A DNA stretch of 64,000 bases from an uncultured virus (IMG/VR IMGVR_UViG_3300016662_000010) (Duplodnaviria; Heunggongvirae; Uroviricota; Caudoviricetes): IMG/VR virus record IMGVR_UViG_3300016662_000010; one strand, written 5' to 3'. The notes under the pieces are model-generated. The model had not been told where the DNA came from and searched no databases. It saw nothing but the letters and a program-made list of their open reading frames with translations. How positions within the stretch are numbered: the first letter of the stretch is position 1; each line of letters starts with the position of its first letter. Positions 39,760 to 48,267 of this stretch are shown in pieces. Made by a program: the position numbers and the translations under genes.

Positions 39760-40175
39760 TATCGTGCCAGTTCTGCTCCAATTAGTCCCACGATAGCAGG
39801 AGGAAGCCTATGGTTTTTCAGCGCCCATTGCAGGGCTTCTTTGGTTTCACTACTGATGCCATTTGGTTTATCTTGCTCAAACGGCAAGAAGTCATCTACT
39901 TTTGCTCTTGCAGTCTTTCCGCCTAGGGCTCCAACAACTGTCACTGCTAATTTAGCCGTGCTCATACTATGAGCGTTGATTAGCCTTTGCTGTTCTGTAC
40001 TGGCTTGTTCCAGCATGATTTGCAACAAGCGGATTGGCACCTTGCCAAACCTTTCCGCATGAAACATGGGATCAGCAATGGCAAGCGCCTGAATGCGGCA
40101 ATACAAAGCAGCCCAATCCGTAGACTGGGCTAACGTGGCTTCACAGTGCTTTTCTAGCCGCTCTAGCCTTGTTCC
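39759..40175 (-). CDS. Tail assembly chaperone T-part, reached by -1 frameshift
   Basis: Frame is open from the slippery site (KGTRLERLEKHCEATLAQSTDWAALYCRIQ...) with no ATG near its beginning. Confidence 0.75.
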   Translation of the reverse strand, partial: GTRLERLEKHCEATLAQSTDWAALYCRIQALAIADPMFHAERFGKVPIRLLQIMLEQASTEQQRLINAHSMSTAKLAVTVVGALGGKTARAKVDDFLPFEQDKPNGISSETKEALQWALKNHRLPPAIVGLIGAELAR

Positions 40176-40684
40176 TTTGGGGCTTCGTCCTCTTCTGCCT
40201 CGGCCTCACTGGCTCCCTCTTCCTTGGCCATGAATGCCTCCACAGCATCAAGCATGGTCTTGGTGAGCTTGCCAGTGTCCTCCCGGCTCCAGTCGGTCGT
40301 GGAGGTCCATTCCGCGCCCTTTTTGACTTCTCCCCGGTTCTGAAAGAACTTTGTCACCAGTTCTTCAAATTGCTCTTGGGGCGATGGGAGGAGGGCAAAC
40401 AATGCCGCTGCCTCTTCTGTGAAATCTCCCAACACTTCCTGCCTTTCAGGGCCATCAGCTTGGAGGATGTCGAAAGCATCATCTTCACTGATTCCTTGCT
40501 TTGCTGCAATGCGTCGTGCCAAGCGAATGGCCTTCATTGAAAACTCAGCCCGCTTTTTGTTTTGCGCATCCCGCAGCCACAGTTCTTCAGTAAGCCAACT
40601 GCCATAACTGCGAAGCCGCAAGGCTCCAGCAATCGAAGCATACTTTGGACTGCCGACCAAGAAAAACTCGCTGTATTGGCTCAT
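40163..40684 (-). CDS. Tail assembly chaperone G
   Basis: Between tail tube and tape measure; acidic end EEDEAPKEQG containing C CCA AAG. Confidence 0.8.
   Translation of the reverse strand: MSQYSEFFLVGSPKYASIAGALRLRSYGSWLTEELWLRDAQNKKRAEFSMKAIRLARRIAAKQGISEDDAFDILQADGPERQEVLGDFTEEAAALFALLPSPQEQFEELVTKFFQNRGEVKKGAEWTSTTDWSREDTGKLTKTMLDAVEAFMAKEEGASEAEAEEDEAPKEQG
40175..40181 (-). other. -1 frameshift slippery heptamer CCCAAAG (G/GT)
   Basis: GCC CCA AAG in phase; -1 frame joins ORF 39759-40106. Confidence 0.8.
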
Positions 40685-40689
40685 GGAAA

Positions 40690-40911
40690 TCAATTAAGCA
40701 GCGCAAGTCTAGCGTTCAGCACACGACATGGCATGGGATTGGAAATGGCACGATGGGGGAGACCAATAATTAGCCTTTCGCCTTTCCATTGCACAATCAC
40801 CTGCTCAGGGCAATTACTGACAAAACATGCCAATCCCGCAACTAATCGCTCCTCTTCTCTTGTCACATTAAAGAGCCATACGTTGCCGCAGTCGCTGGTC
40901 AGCATTTTCAT
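40690..40911 (-). CDS. Hypothetical protein
   Basis: Fills the gap in the tail operon. Confidence 0.55.
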   Translation of the reverse strand: MKMLTSDCGNVWLFNVTREEERLVAGLACFVSNCPEQVIVQWKGERLIIGLPHRAISNPMPCRVLNARLALLN

Positions 40912-41315
40912 GGCCGCAACACTGGCCTCACTTGAGTGTCAGGGATGACAATTCGATACTGGCCATAGGCAATATCAGTTTCGGGCGATGGAGAAAAGCT
41001 AGCGTCGGGAAACACCCGCTCAAGCCGGCTCACCGCTTGATCCAAGGCATTGGTGCCACCGTTGTAATTCACCAGCATCACCACCCACGCCATACGACTT
41101 ACAACAATTCCCACTCCTGCAGTTGGCGACCGCCTTGGCATTTCCTCCATCGTCACCTCCAGCCCCTGCACTTTCCAGTCTGCTGGTACTCCTTGAGTGC
41201 CAGTCATGTAAATGGCCGGAATGGTTTGGCCATTGGGCAGCGTGTAAGTGCCAATGAGATTAGGCGGGCAACTAAGAATTGCCTCTAGTTTTTGTCGTAG
41301 TTGGAGATTGGTCAA
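40908..41315 (-). CDS. Putative tail terminator/completion protein
   Basis: Size, position and beta/alpha pattern. Confidence 0.55.
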   Translation of the reverse strand: MTNLQLRQKLEAILSCPPNLIGTYTLPNGQTIPAIYMTGTQGVPADWKVQGLEVTMEEMPRRSPTAGVGIVVSRMAWVVMLVNYNGGTNALDQAVSRLERVFPDASFSPSPETDIAYGQYRIVIPDTQVRPVLRP

Positions 41316-41318
41316 AAT

Positions 41319-41344
41319 AAAAAGCCTCCCGCTATGGGGAGGCT
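41319..41344 (-). terminator. Terminator after major tail gene
   Basis: AGCCTCCC-CATAGC-GGGAGGCT plus T-run. Confidence 0.75.
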
Positions 41345-41369
41345 AACAAAGGAACGATGGAAAGGACTA

Positions 41370-41948
41370 TCAGGAGTTGGGAGCAATCGGAATGATGCTG
41401 CCAGAGCTAGTGGCAGATTGGTGGATGCCATAACGGGCACGGCTCACCAGATCAAAAGTCACCTCGACCAAGTTGTCCGCAGGATAGCTTTCGTTGTAGT
41501 TCATCACACGCGACATGCCAGCCACTCGGTCATAGTAGAACGTGGTACCAGAAGCGCCAAGTTCCTTATTCATCTCAAAGTACACTTCGGCATTCTTGTC
41601 ATACCGAGCAGTGGTGATGACTTGGAAGGCTTCATCAAAGCTATTGGGCAGGAACGTGGCGCCGTCAACATCCTTCTGGAAGTAGGAAGTGACAGAAACA
41701 GTCAGGCCAGCAGTAACAATGACGCTATCAGAGAAACCACCGCCGCCAAGAAGGTAGAACTCGGTGTTGCCATCATTGAAAGCAATGGAGGCAGTGGTAG
41801 CAGCCTGGAGCGTGTAGAGAGTGGGAGCGCCACTAACGGTGAAAGTGGCGCCAGATTGAGTGATGGTAGGACGGGCAGTGCCAGTGATGGAGCCAACACG
41901 CAGGATAACGTCTTGGCTCTTAACCAGTTCAGTCGGATGGAAGAGCAT
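41370..41948 (-). CDS. Major tail tube protein
   Basis: 192 aa beta-rich, NYNESYPADNLVEVTFDL, followed by a terminator. Confidence 0.8.
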   Translation of the reverse strand: MLFHPTELVKSQDVILRVGSITGTARPTITQSGATFTVSGAPTLYTLQAATTASIAFNDGNTEFYLLGGGGFSDSVIVTAGLTVSVTSYFQKDVDGATFLPNSFDEAFQVITTARYDKNAEVYFEMNKELGASGTTFYYDRVAGMSRVMNYNESYPADNLVEVTFDLVSRARYGIHQSATSSGSIIPIAPNS

Positions 41949-41978
41949 TGTCTTAAAAACAAAGGGGGAAGAAAATGG

Positions 41979-42365
41979 TTAAGCGTTCAAGACGCTTCCT
42001 TTACCAATCAGTCTAAACACTCCCCTGATTGGTTGTCCTAGAAACTGCCAGTAGTGTTCAACAAGATGTTCGTTTGGCAGTAGTTCAAATCGTCCTTCCC
42101 GCCCATTGATTGTTGCTTTGGCTGATGCACCAGCACTAACTCCCGAAAGTGCCAATGGACCAGTCAAGCGCCCTTCCATATACACAGCAGTATGATCAGC
42201 CCCTAACAGGTAGTCATACCGTGGATTGTTCTTTTGCTTGAGAGTGGCGTAGTACACCACTCCACTGGAAACCGGGCGATAGTTTTGAGTGAAAGGATCC
42301 AAGGCATAGCCACTAGCTACTTCCCAAATTAGGGTTGCGTTTGCCAGTGGCGACAGTCCGTTCAT
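41979..42365 (-). CDS. Head closure/head-tail joining protein
   Basis: Position after DUF4054-like adaptor. Confidence 0.55.
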   Translation of the reverse strand: MNGLSPLANATLIWEVASGYALDPFTQNYRPVSSGVVYYATLKQKNNPRYDYLLGADHTAVYMEGRLTGPLALSGVSAGASAKATINGREGRFELLPNEHLVEHYWQFLGQPIRGVFRLIGKGSVLNA

Positions 42366-42369
42366 CCTC

Positions 42370-42675
42370 TCACACAACAAAACCAATGGTGGAAGAACAA
42401 CTATTGAGCATCCGTAGATACTCTTGACCGTATTGAGTGGCCTCTAGCCCCTTGCCATAGACTTTTCCATCAGTGGCGCCGATTTGGGCTCCCATTTGGA
42501 CCAGTTGTAGGGCAATGATATGGGCTGCAAGATGCTTGATGGCACGGTCTGACTGAGAGCCAAACACACCTTCGTCTACATCTGCTGAGGCTTCGTCAAT
42601 GGCTCCAAGAACAATTCCCGATGGATGGGGAATGAACTCAGGAAACCGCTCCAAGAACCCGGAGTAAGTGACCAT
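42370..42675 (-). CDS. Head-tail adaptor (DUF4054-like)
   Basis: FLERFPEF...LAAH...TQYGQEY. Confidence 0.85.
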   Translation of the reverse strand: MVTYSGFLERFPEFIPHPSGIVLGAIDEASADVDEGVFGSQSDRAIKHLAAHIIALQLVQMGAQIGATDGKVYGKGLEATQYGQEYLRMLNSCSSTIGFVV

Positions 42676-43061
42676 TAGGCACGTCCTTCAGCAATGGCAG
42701 TACGACGGCGAACAATGGCATTACGCACCCTGACACGACCTTCGCGCTTTTTCCATTCCAGCAGAAGTTCTGCATCATGGATTAGTTCAATGGTCCGCAG
42801 GGCTTCGTTTTGCGGCAGATTGGAAAGAACATTCAGGTCACTGGGGGTTTCCTGGATGGTTTCCTGTTCTACCAGTTCTTCGATAGCCCCAATCCGCATC
42901 AATCGTTTGACTTCTGTGTTATTACGGGCCGCGTGCCACACTTGTTCAGGAACATCTTTGTTAAGACCAGGGGCCAGTTGTACCAGTCCTTGATCAACAA
43001 TGACACCAAAGCCACCTTCGCGGGGAGGATTTTCAAGCTCGGGGCGATAGGCAATCAGCAT
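42675..43061 (-). CDS. Hypothetical virion-operon protein
   Basis: LAPGLN...W; E.RVRVRNAI. Confidence 0.65.
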   Translation of the reverse strand: MLIAYRPELENPPREGGFGVIVDQGLVQLAPGLNKDVPEQVWHAARNNTEVKRLMRIGAIEELVEQETIQETPSDLNVLSNLPQNEALRTIELIHDAELLLEWKKREGRVRVRNAIVRRRTAIAEGRA

Positions 43062-43108
43062 TGTTTTGGAGAAACAGTCACCAATTAGCTTAACGCCCCT
43101 TGCATGAA

Positions 43109-44023
43109 TCAGGCGCTACGTTGCACGTAGATCACGCTCTTCTGGTAGTACAGTGCCACACCACCCACGCGAGCATGAGCGGGGACAATGAACTGCAGAT
43201 TGCGCTGTTGCGGAGGGAAGAACTCCAGAGGCTGCGGAATGTGCAGTTGGAGCTTCTCGGGATCGCGCTTGTAGAACACCATCCGGCGAGTGTTGAGCTT
43301 GCCCGTAGTCTTGCTGCTGTCCAGTTGCAGGATGGGCTCAATGTTGCGGATGTAGGGATTGGTCCGCATGAAGTATTCCAGAACGGTCAGGTCACTGGAA
43401 TCACTGTTGCGAGTGGACGAAACTTTTTGATAGTCAGTCCACGGCATGAGCAGAGTGTCGGGCTGCTCTTTCATGTTGGAAGCATTGACAATGGCAGTGG
43501 AGCCATAGTTCAGCAGTTCCAGCATTTCAGCAGTGGTGATACTGGCAGTGTCAAACCACTTGTCAGCAGTCACGATGTCAACACCAGGATGATTGAAGAA
43601 TCCAGTGAGGTTGACAGTGGTATCACCAAACATCGCAATGTCTTCCACTTTCTCCTCATAGGCACGACGGGTAGCGGTACCACGACGCGACTCAAGAGCC
43701 ACATTGGCCATTTGAGCAGCACGCAGTTCCTGCACGGTGTAGCCAAAAGAGCCAGCAATGGAGCGGAAGTAGATGGACTTTTCCACTTGGCTCACGTCAG
43801 CACGCGGCAGATCGTCAGCATTGTCGGCAATGAAGTCGAACTTGCCGGTGCTATCCATCACCCGATAGGTGAATTGCTGGGCGCCAGGGCCAGCCTCACT
43901 GGTGACAGGCAGGATCGTGGGATATTTGATGTCGGCATAGGCCGTCTCAAACACTTGCGGGCGAATGTACTCCAGTTGGCGCTGGAGGAACAGTCCCGCA
44001 TCATCCATACGAAAATCAGACAT
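43109..44023 (-). CDS. Major capsid protein (DUF2184/HK97 fold)
   Basis: FLQRQLEYI, ADDLPRAD, GYTVQELRAA, FGD...GFFNHP, RVGGV. Confidence 0.92.
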   Translation of the reverse strand: MSDFRMDDAGLFLQRQLEYIRPQVFETAYADIKYPTILPVTSEAGPGAQQFTYRVMDSTGKFDFIADNADDLPRADVSQVEKSIYFRSIAGSFGYTVQELRAAQMANVALESRRGTATRRAYEEKVEDIAMFGDTTVNLTGFFNHPGVDIVTADKWFDTASITTAEMLELLNYGSTAIVNASNMKEQPDTLLMPWTDYQKVSSTRNSDSSDLTVLEYFMRTNPYIRNIEPILQLDSSKTTGKLNTRRMVFYKRDPEKLQLHIPQPLEFFPPQQRNLQFIVPAHARVGGVALYYQKSVIYVQRSA

Positions 44024-44030
44024 GGTTTCC

Positions 44031-44591
44031 TCAGGCGTTAGCGGTAAGGGTGAAGTTGGGACCGTTCAGGTCAACAACAGCCAAGCCACTGCCAGTGGTC
44101 CGAGACAGGTAGGCAGCGTTGGACAGCAGGGCAGTACGGCCACTAACGGCAGATGCCGAGAATTGACCGGCATACTGCACGCCAGAAGCAGCGTGGATGA
44201 CGCGCACGGGAGTAGACGGATCTACTGCACCATGGACGTACACCACGCAAGCGCCACGACGCAGAACGTTCATCAGTTGACGATCTTTGGCGCCAGGGCG
44301 ATTGTTGGCATCACGAGCAGTCTCATCAACGTAGGTGAGAATGTTCACGCCAACGACAGTGCCACTAACGCCAGAAATGGTACGGGCAGAGTCAGCAACA
44401 GTGCTGCCACTGTTCCAAACCATCAGGTTGCCGAAAGCCACAACGCCAGAGGTTTCATTGACGTAGGAATCAATGACTTTGGGGCGGGAATCAGCCAGTT
44501 GGCCTTCAAGGAAGGCATCATGAACCAGAGAATAGGTGGTCTGCACACCGCCCGCAGTGGGAGTGCCAGACGCAGAAAACGCAACAGCCAT
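44031..44591 (-). CDS. Capsid cement/decoration protein
   Basis: Between protease and capsid gene; GQLAD, AFG, NVLRRG.VVYV. Confidence 0.8.
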   Translation of the reverse strand: MAVAFSASGTPTAGGVQTTYSLVHDAFLEGQLADSRPKVIDSYVNETSGVVAFGNLMVWNSGSTVADSARTISGVSGTVVGVNILTYVDETARDANNRPGAKDRQLMNVLRRGACVVYVHGAVDPSTPVRVIHAASGVQYAGQFSASAVSGRTALLSNAAYLSRTTGSGLAVVDLNGPNFTLTANA

Positions 44592-44594
44592 GGG

Positions 44595-45782
44595 TCAGGC
44601 TCCTTTGGAAACGGTGAGGGGACGGAGGTAGGCTTTCTCCATCGCTTGCCGGTAACTGGTCGGAGCAGCAGAAACGGCAGCCGAAGCCACAGCATCACGC
44701 AGCGGACCAGTAGACGAATCCTTGCGGTCGTCAGCGGAAATGGTGTCGAAAGCGGCTTGAACATAGTCGTCAGACCGTTCAGACAGATTCATGGAATCAC
44801 CACGAACAGCCTTAACGGCATCGACCATGATTTCACGAGCGGACTTGCCGGCAAAGACATAGGCACTGTCAAGAACAGGCTTGGCCTTTTCAATGAGGGC
44901 AATGCGCTCTTCGACAAGACTGTCAACATTCACGGCCTTAGCCGCTTCAAGATCAGCCTTGAGGGATTCGTTTTCGGCAACGAGGGCATCAGCACGACCA
45001 TCAGCGGCATCACATTTGCCTTTCATGGTCTTTTCCATGGCGTCCATTTCCTCCTTGAGTTTGGAGGCTTGGCCACACATTTCGTCGTACTGCTTTTTCA
45101 GGGCCTCGTAAGAGGTCTTTGCATCAGCACGTTCTTTGCCAATGGCAAGGGCAATACCCTCGCTCACTTCAAAGTCAGCGCCATCAAAGACCACCTTGGC
45201 GGTAGTCATAGGAGAATCTCCAGAGTTGAGAAGAGAAGGATCGGCGGCATCCTGACGGTCAAGATGCAATTTCACTTGCGGGCCTGCACGCCCGGTTTTA
45301 ACCACGGCTACGTGATTGCCAATGATTTCCTTTTGGCGTCCGTCATACGGTTCACCATCGGGAGTGGTGCCAGGATTGGCGTCAAAGGCAACGCGATAAC
45401 CTGCGCTAACTTCTGTTGCATCACCCCGTTGAATCTTGTCAATCAAGTCCTGATCTGTGATCGTCATGACTGCCCGGACAAAGCCATTGTCATAAACAAT
45501 CTCAGAGCCAGTGAAGCCCTTTTGATAGTTTCTGGTGTTGGCACTGTCCAGTAAGACTGGGGGATGCTCGTCAGTTACGCTCTTGCCCGCAAACGAAGCA
45601 AGACTTTCAGGGAGCGCCACGTCTTCAGGGGCGCGATATTCACGACGAATTGAACCGTCAGCATTGGAATAATGCTGAACACCAGTACGAGCGATTGTGG
45701 CATGAAGCCGCAAATAACCCTCGGGGGTTAGCTCGTACTTCTCAATCGGCGCTACATCGTACCGAAAAGAAGTATTGCTCAT
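44595..45782 (-). CDS. Capsid maturation protease/scaffold (DUF2213)
   Basis: TPEGYL, IARTGVQ, VTDEHP, EVSAGY, NHVAVV..GRAG; coiled-coil C-terminus. Confidence 0.92.
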   Translation of the reverse strand: MSNTSFRYDVAPIEKYELTPEGYLRLHATIARTGVQHYSNADGSIRREYRAPEDVALPESLASFAGKSVTDEHPPVLLDSANTRNYQKGFTGSEIVYDNGFVRAVMTITDQDLIDKIQRGDATEVSAGYRVAFDANPGTTPDGEPYDGRQKEIIGNHVAVVKTGRAGPQVKLHLDRQDAADPSLLNSGDSPMTTAKVVFDGADFEVSEGIALAIGKERADAKTSYEALKKQYDEMCGQASKLKEEMDAMEKTMKGKCDAADGRADALVAENESLKADLEAAKAVNVDSLVEERIALIEKAKPVLDSAYVFAGKSAREIMVDAVKAVRGDSMNLSERSDDYVQAAFDTISADDRKDSSTGPLRDAVASAAVSAAPTSYRQAMEKAYLRPLTVSKGA

Positions 45783-45831
45783 GTAATAATGCTATGCAAA
45801 CTAGCATCATCCCCAGTAGCATGATTCAACA

Positions 45832-46149
45832 GTGAATCAAACGATGGAGAATCATCAAGCTAATTTGCTTAAGATGCCTCATGCTCAACGACGAATGACT
45901 GTTGCATCACGAATTAAGCAGGCACGTCTTGATAGTGGTCTTTCGCAACGCAATGTAGCCGCAAGACTTGAGATTAGCCAATCGTCCTATTCGCGCATGG
46001 AAAGTGGAGACTTAGAGCCTAGTGCCGTACAGATTGCCACGCTTAGCGGCCTGTTCACCATGTCCGTATTGTGGCTCCTAGGCTACCCCAATTTCATCGC
46101 TCTGAAGATTCCCTCGTCTGCTGAATCTCGGCTTCAATCCCGGCCATGA
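45832..46149 (+). CDS. XRE-family HTH regulator (start uncertain)
   Basis: RIKQARLDSGLSQRNVAARLEISQSSYSRMESG...WLLG. Confidence 0.9.
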   Translation: MNQTMENHQANLLKMPHAQRRMTVASRIKQARLDSGLSQRNVAARLEISQSSYSRMESGDLEPSAVQIATLSGLFTMSVLWLLGYPNFIALKIPSSAESRLQSRP

Positions 46150-46408
46150 CATACGCCTTGGCTACTGCAATGGCTTCAAAAAATAACATGCGATAGTTCT
46201 CCTCAAACTCCGGGTCGGGCTTTTCGTACTGTGGCTCCACGTAAGTTTGATCTTCAGTGGGGCGACCATTGATAAACAGTTCTTTCCTGACCACTGCCCA
46301 TCGCGTTGTATTGCGATGGGAATTGATGCTCAGGATGCGCAGAGCATCATCAACGGAAAAGTCTTCTTCTTCGCCATCGTCGTACAAGTCCAGGTCGGCA
46401 CTATCCAT
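46094..46408 (-). CDS. Hypothetical acidic protein
   Basis: ATG ORF in head operon. Confidence 0.6.
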   Translation of the reverse strand: MDSADLDLYDDGEEEDFSVDDALRILSINSHRNTTRWAVVRKELFINGRPTEDQTYVEPQYEKPDPEFEENYRMLFFEAIAVAKAYVMAGIEAEIQQTRESSER

Positions 46409-46432
46409 GGCCAAGAAGCGAGTAGTCTTATC

Positions 46433-46786
46433 TTAACGGTCGCCTTGCTTGCTTTCTTGCTGCTGAATGATGCGATTGGCCCATGATCGCCCCGAGTCCC
46501 CGCCCCACAGCAGCCAAGCAATGTAGCCAGCATCATTCTCGCCACCACTTTTGTTTTTTTCGTGGCGCGAGAAAAAGGCGGCCATGCGCTTGATGGTGTC
46601 ATAACTCAGGGCTTCCCCATTGGCCAAGCTCGTGGCTCGTGCCACACCACTACCAATCCCTTGCTTGCCAGCCTCTTGCGTGGTCAAGCCTCCCTTGTGA
46701 TACTTTCGTCGTAGTTCTAAGCCTCGACGCGCTGCAGCCCTCACGGACGATGGAGGGGAGAAGCTAGCAGCATCAAGGCTCAGTCC
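46433..46786 (-). CDS. Basic head-module domain, probably translated by -1 frameshift from the upstream ORF
   Basis: FSPPSSVRAAARRGLELR...TIKRMAAFFSRH...IAWLLWGGD; open back to the slippery site. Confidence 0.7.
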   Translation of the reverse strand, partial: GLSLDAASFSPPSSVRAAARRGLELRRKYHKGGLTTQEAGKQGIGSGVARATSLANGEALSYDTIKRMAAFFSRHEKNKSGGENDAGYIAWLLWGGDSGRSWANRIIQQQESKQGDR

Positions 46787-47022
46787 TTTGGGCAGCCATT
46801 CTCCATTTCGCTTTCAGGATCTTCCTCTTCCGTCAAGGTCAGCACGTAGGAATCCCAGTATTCATCAGTCTTGGCTCCCTTGCTAATGCCTGCTTCAGAC
46901 AAGGCAATGGCAACAGCCTGGCGCTGGTTTTTAACCTTATCGCCACTGCTGCTTTTGAGAGTACCAGCCTTGAACTCTCGCATCACCTTGCGAATCTTGG
47001 CAGTACGGGCTTTTTGGTTCAT
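46780..47022 (-). CDS. DUF6496-like basic protein
   Basis: KIRKVMREFKAGTLKSSSGDKVKNQRQAVAIALSEAG. Confidence 0.8.
   Translation of the reverse strand: MNQKARTAKIRKVMREFKAGTLKSSSGDKVKNQRQAVAIALSEAGISKGAKTDEYWDSYVLTLTEEEDPESEMENGCPKD
46786..46792 (-). other. Candidate -1 frameshift heptamer CCCAAAG
   Basis: TGC CCA AAG GAC TGA; -1 frame continues KGLSLDAASFSPPSSVR. Confidence 0.65.
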
Positions 47023-47024
47023 CG

Positions 47025-47564
47025 TCAGTCATGTTTCACTCCTACAAAGTATAAATCATGAGCGGTGGGATTAGTCTCAAACCCAAAGTAACGGAAATGC
47101 TCACTAAGGTTAAGCCTTTGCGTAAAGTCCTCTGGTGTCAAGTTGCGATAATACTCCCATCCTTTGCTAATTGTTAGCGGACTGTCTTGTGGAGTGGTGC
47201 GCGACGTACCGTGCTCAGGACGACCTGTGGTAGCGCAAGTCATGATTACAAGTCCGCCGGGACGACAAAGGCGGATCATGTTAGCAAAAGTGTCTTTCCA
47301 TCTCGGATTGTGTTCCATACATTCACAAGAAATAACACAATCAAAACGTTCATCAGTGTCATACTTGTCGCCATCGCAGACAATATCTACTCCAGGTCCT
47401 TCCCCTACGTCAAGACCAATGTAATGCTGAGGATTATCAAAAAACTGTCGTACTGTTCCATTGATATTTAGGCTCCCAACTTCCAGCACTTTGCTGTTGG
47501 TAAAATAATTGCCATACATACCCTTAATGGCATTGATGAAAGACAGTTGAGCGGGGTGGGCCAT
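47025..47564 (-). CDS. Class I SAM-dependent methyltransferase
   Basis: VLEVGS, GLD, FDCVISCECMEH, RPGG. Confidence 0.9.
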   Translation of the reverse strand: MAHPAQLSFINAIKGMYGNYFTNSKVLEVGSLNINGTVRQFFDNPQHYIGLDVGEGPGVDIVCDGDKYDTDERFDCVISCECMEHNPRWKDTFANMIRLCRPGGLVIMTCATTGRPEHGTSRTTPQDSPLTISKGWEYYRNLTPEDFTQRLNLSEHFRYFGFETNPTAHDLYFVGVKHD

Positions 47565-47568
47565 GGCG

Positions 47569-48267
47569 TTAGCAGTGCTGCCTCAGTTTAATCAGATTTT
47601 CAATGGACCGATCGCCCTCTTGCTCTTTTGACGGAGCAAACATGGCCCGGTTCCGTGATGGTGCATTTGTACTGGCAGGACTCATGTAATACACTGCAAT
47701 GCTCTTACGAAATTGTCCGTCAGGACACCGTAGCGGCGATGGCAAACCGTGCCATGATTGTTGATCAGTACGAAAAATAACTGCTCTATTGAAACGACAG
47801 GGAATTGTAGCCTCTAGACGCAAGGGGCGATTGCGCTCGTAATCGTGACTCCAGAACTCCAAGCCTCCACCCCATTCCTGTTTCCAACCTTCAGAGAGAT
47901 AAACAATTAAGTTGATGCGTCGTTGCAGGCCAGTTTTGGGATGGAGGGAATAATCTTGATGGACATTAAGTTTACCTCCAGCACCATGAATATGCCATCC
48001 ACCACCATGCAAGCCAATATCGCCACTAACGTCAAATGGAAGATGAACAAAGGGTCCATTTTTTACGAGTGTTGAAATTATGGAATAAGTGGTAGGGGGA
48101 AACCTGTCCCAGTGGTTACAAGTCTTTTTGTTCTCAAGTGGATTGTCATAGTGGAACCACATGGGATCATCAAAGGCCGGAAACTCTTGCTCAAGTTGCC
48201 TTGCAGTTTCCAGTGGAAAAAAGTCATCAATAATCCAATGGTCAAAAGGAATAGTGCTTTGTTTCAT
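47569..48267 (-). CDS. 2OG-Fe(II) oxygenase (prolyl-hydroxylase-like)
   Basis: LNVHQD (HxD), WGGGLE, FNRAVIF, SWHG, RKS. Confidence 0.92.
   Translation of the reverse strand: MKQSTIPFDHWIIDDFFPLETARQLEQEFPAFDDPMWFHYDNPLENKKTCNHWDRFPPTTYSIISTLVKNGPFVHLPFDVSGDIGLHGGGWHIHGAGGKLNVHQDYSLHPKTGLQRRINLIVYLSEGWKQEWGGGLEFWSHDYERNRPLRLEATIPCRFNRAVIFRTDQQSWHGLPSPLRCPDGQFRKSIAVYYMSPASTNAPSRNRAMFAPSKEQEGDRSIENLIKLRQHC

Noticed and set aside
43100..45554. Plus-strand ORFs of 313 and 529 aa
   Set aside because: Antisense shadows of the capsid, cement and protease genes, with no recognisable motifs.
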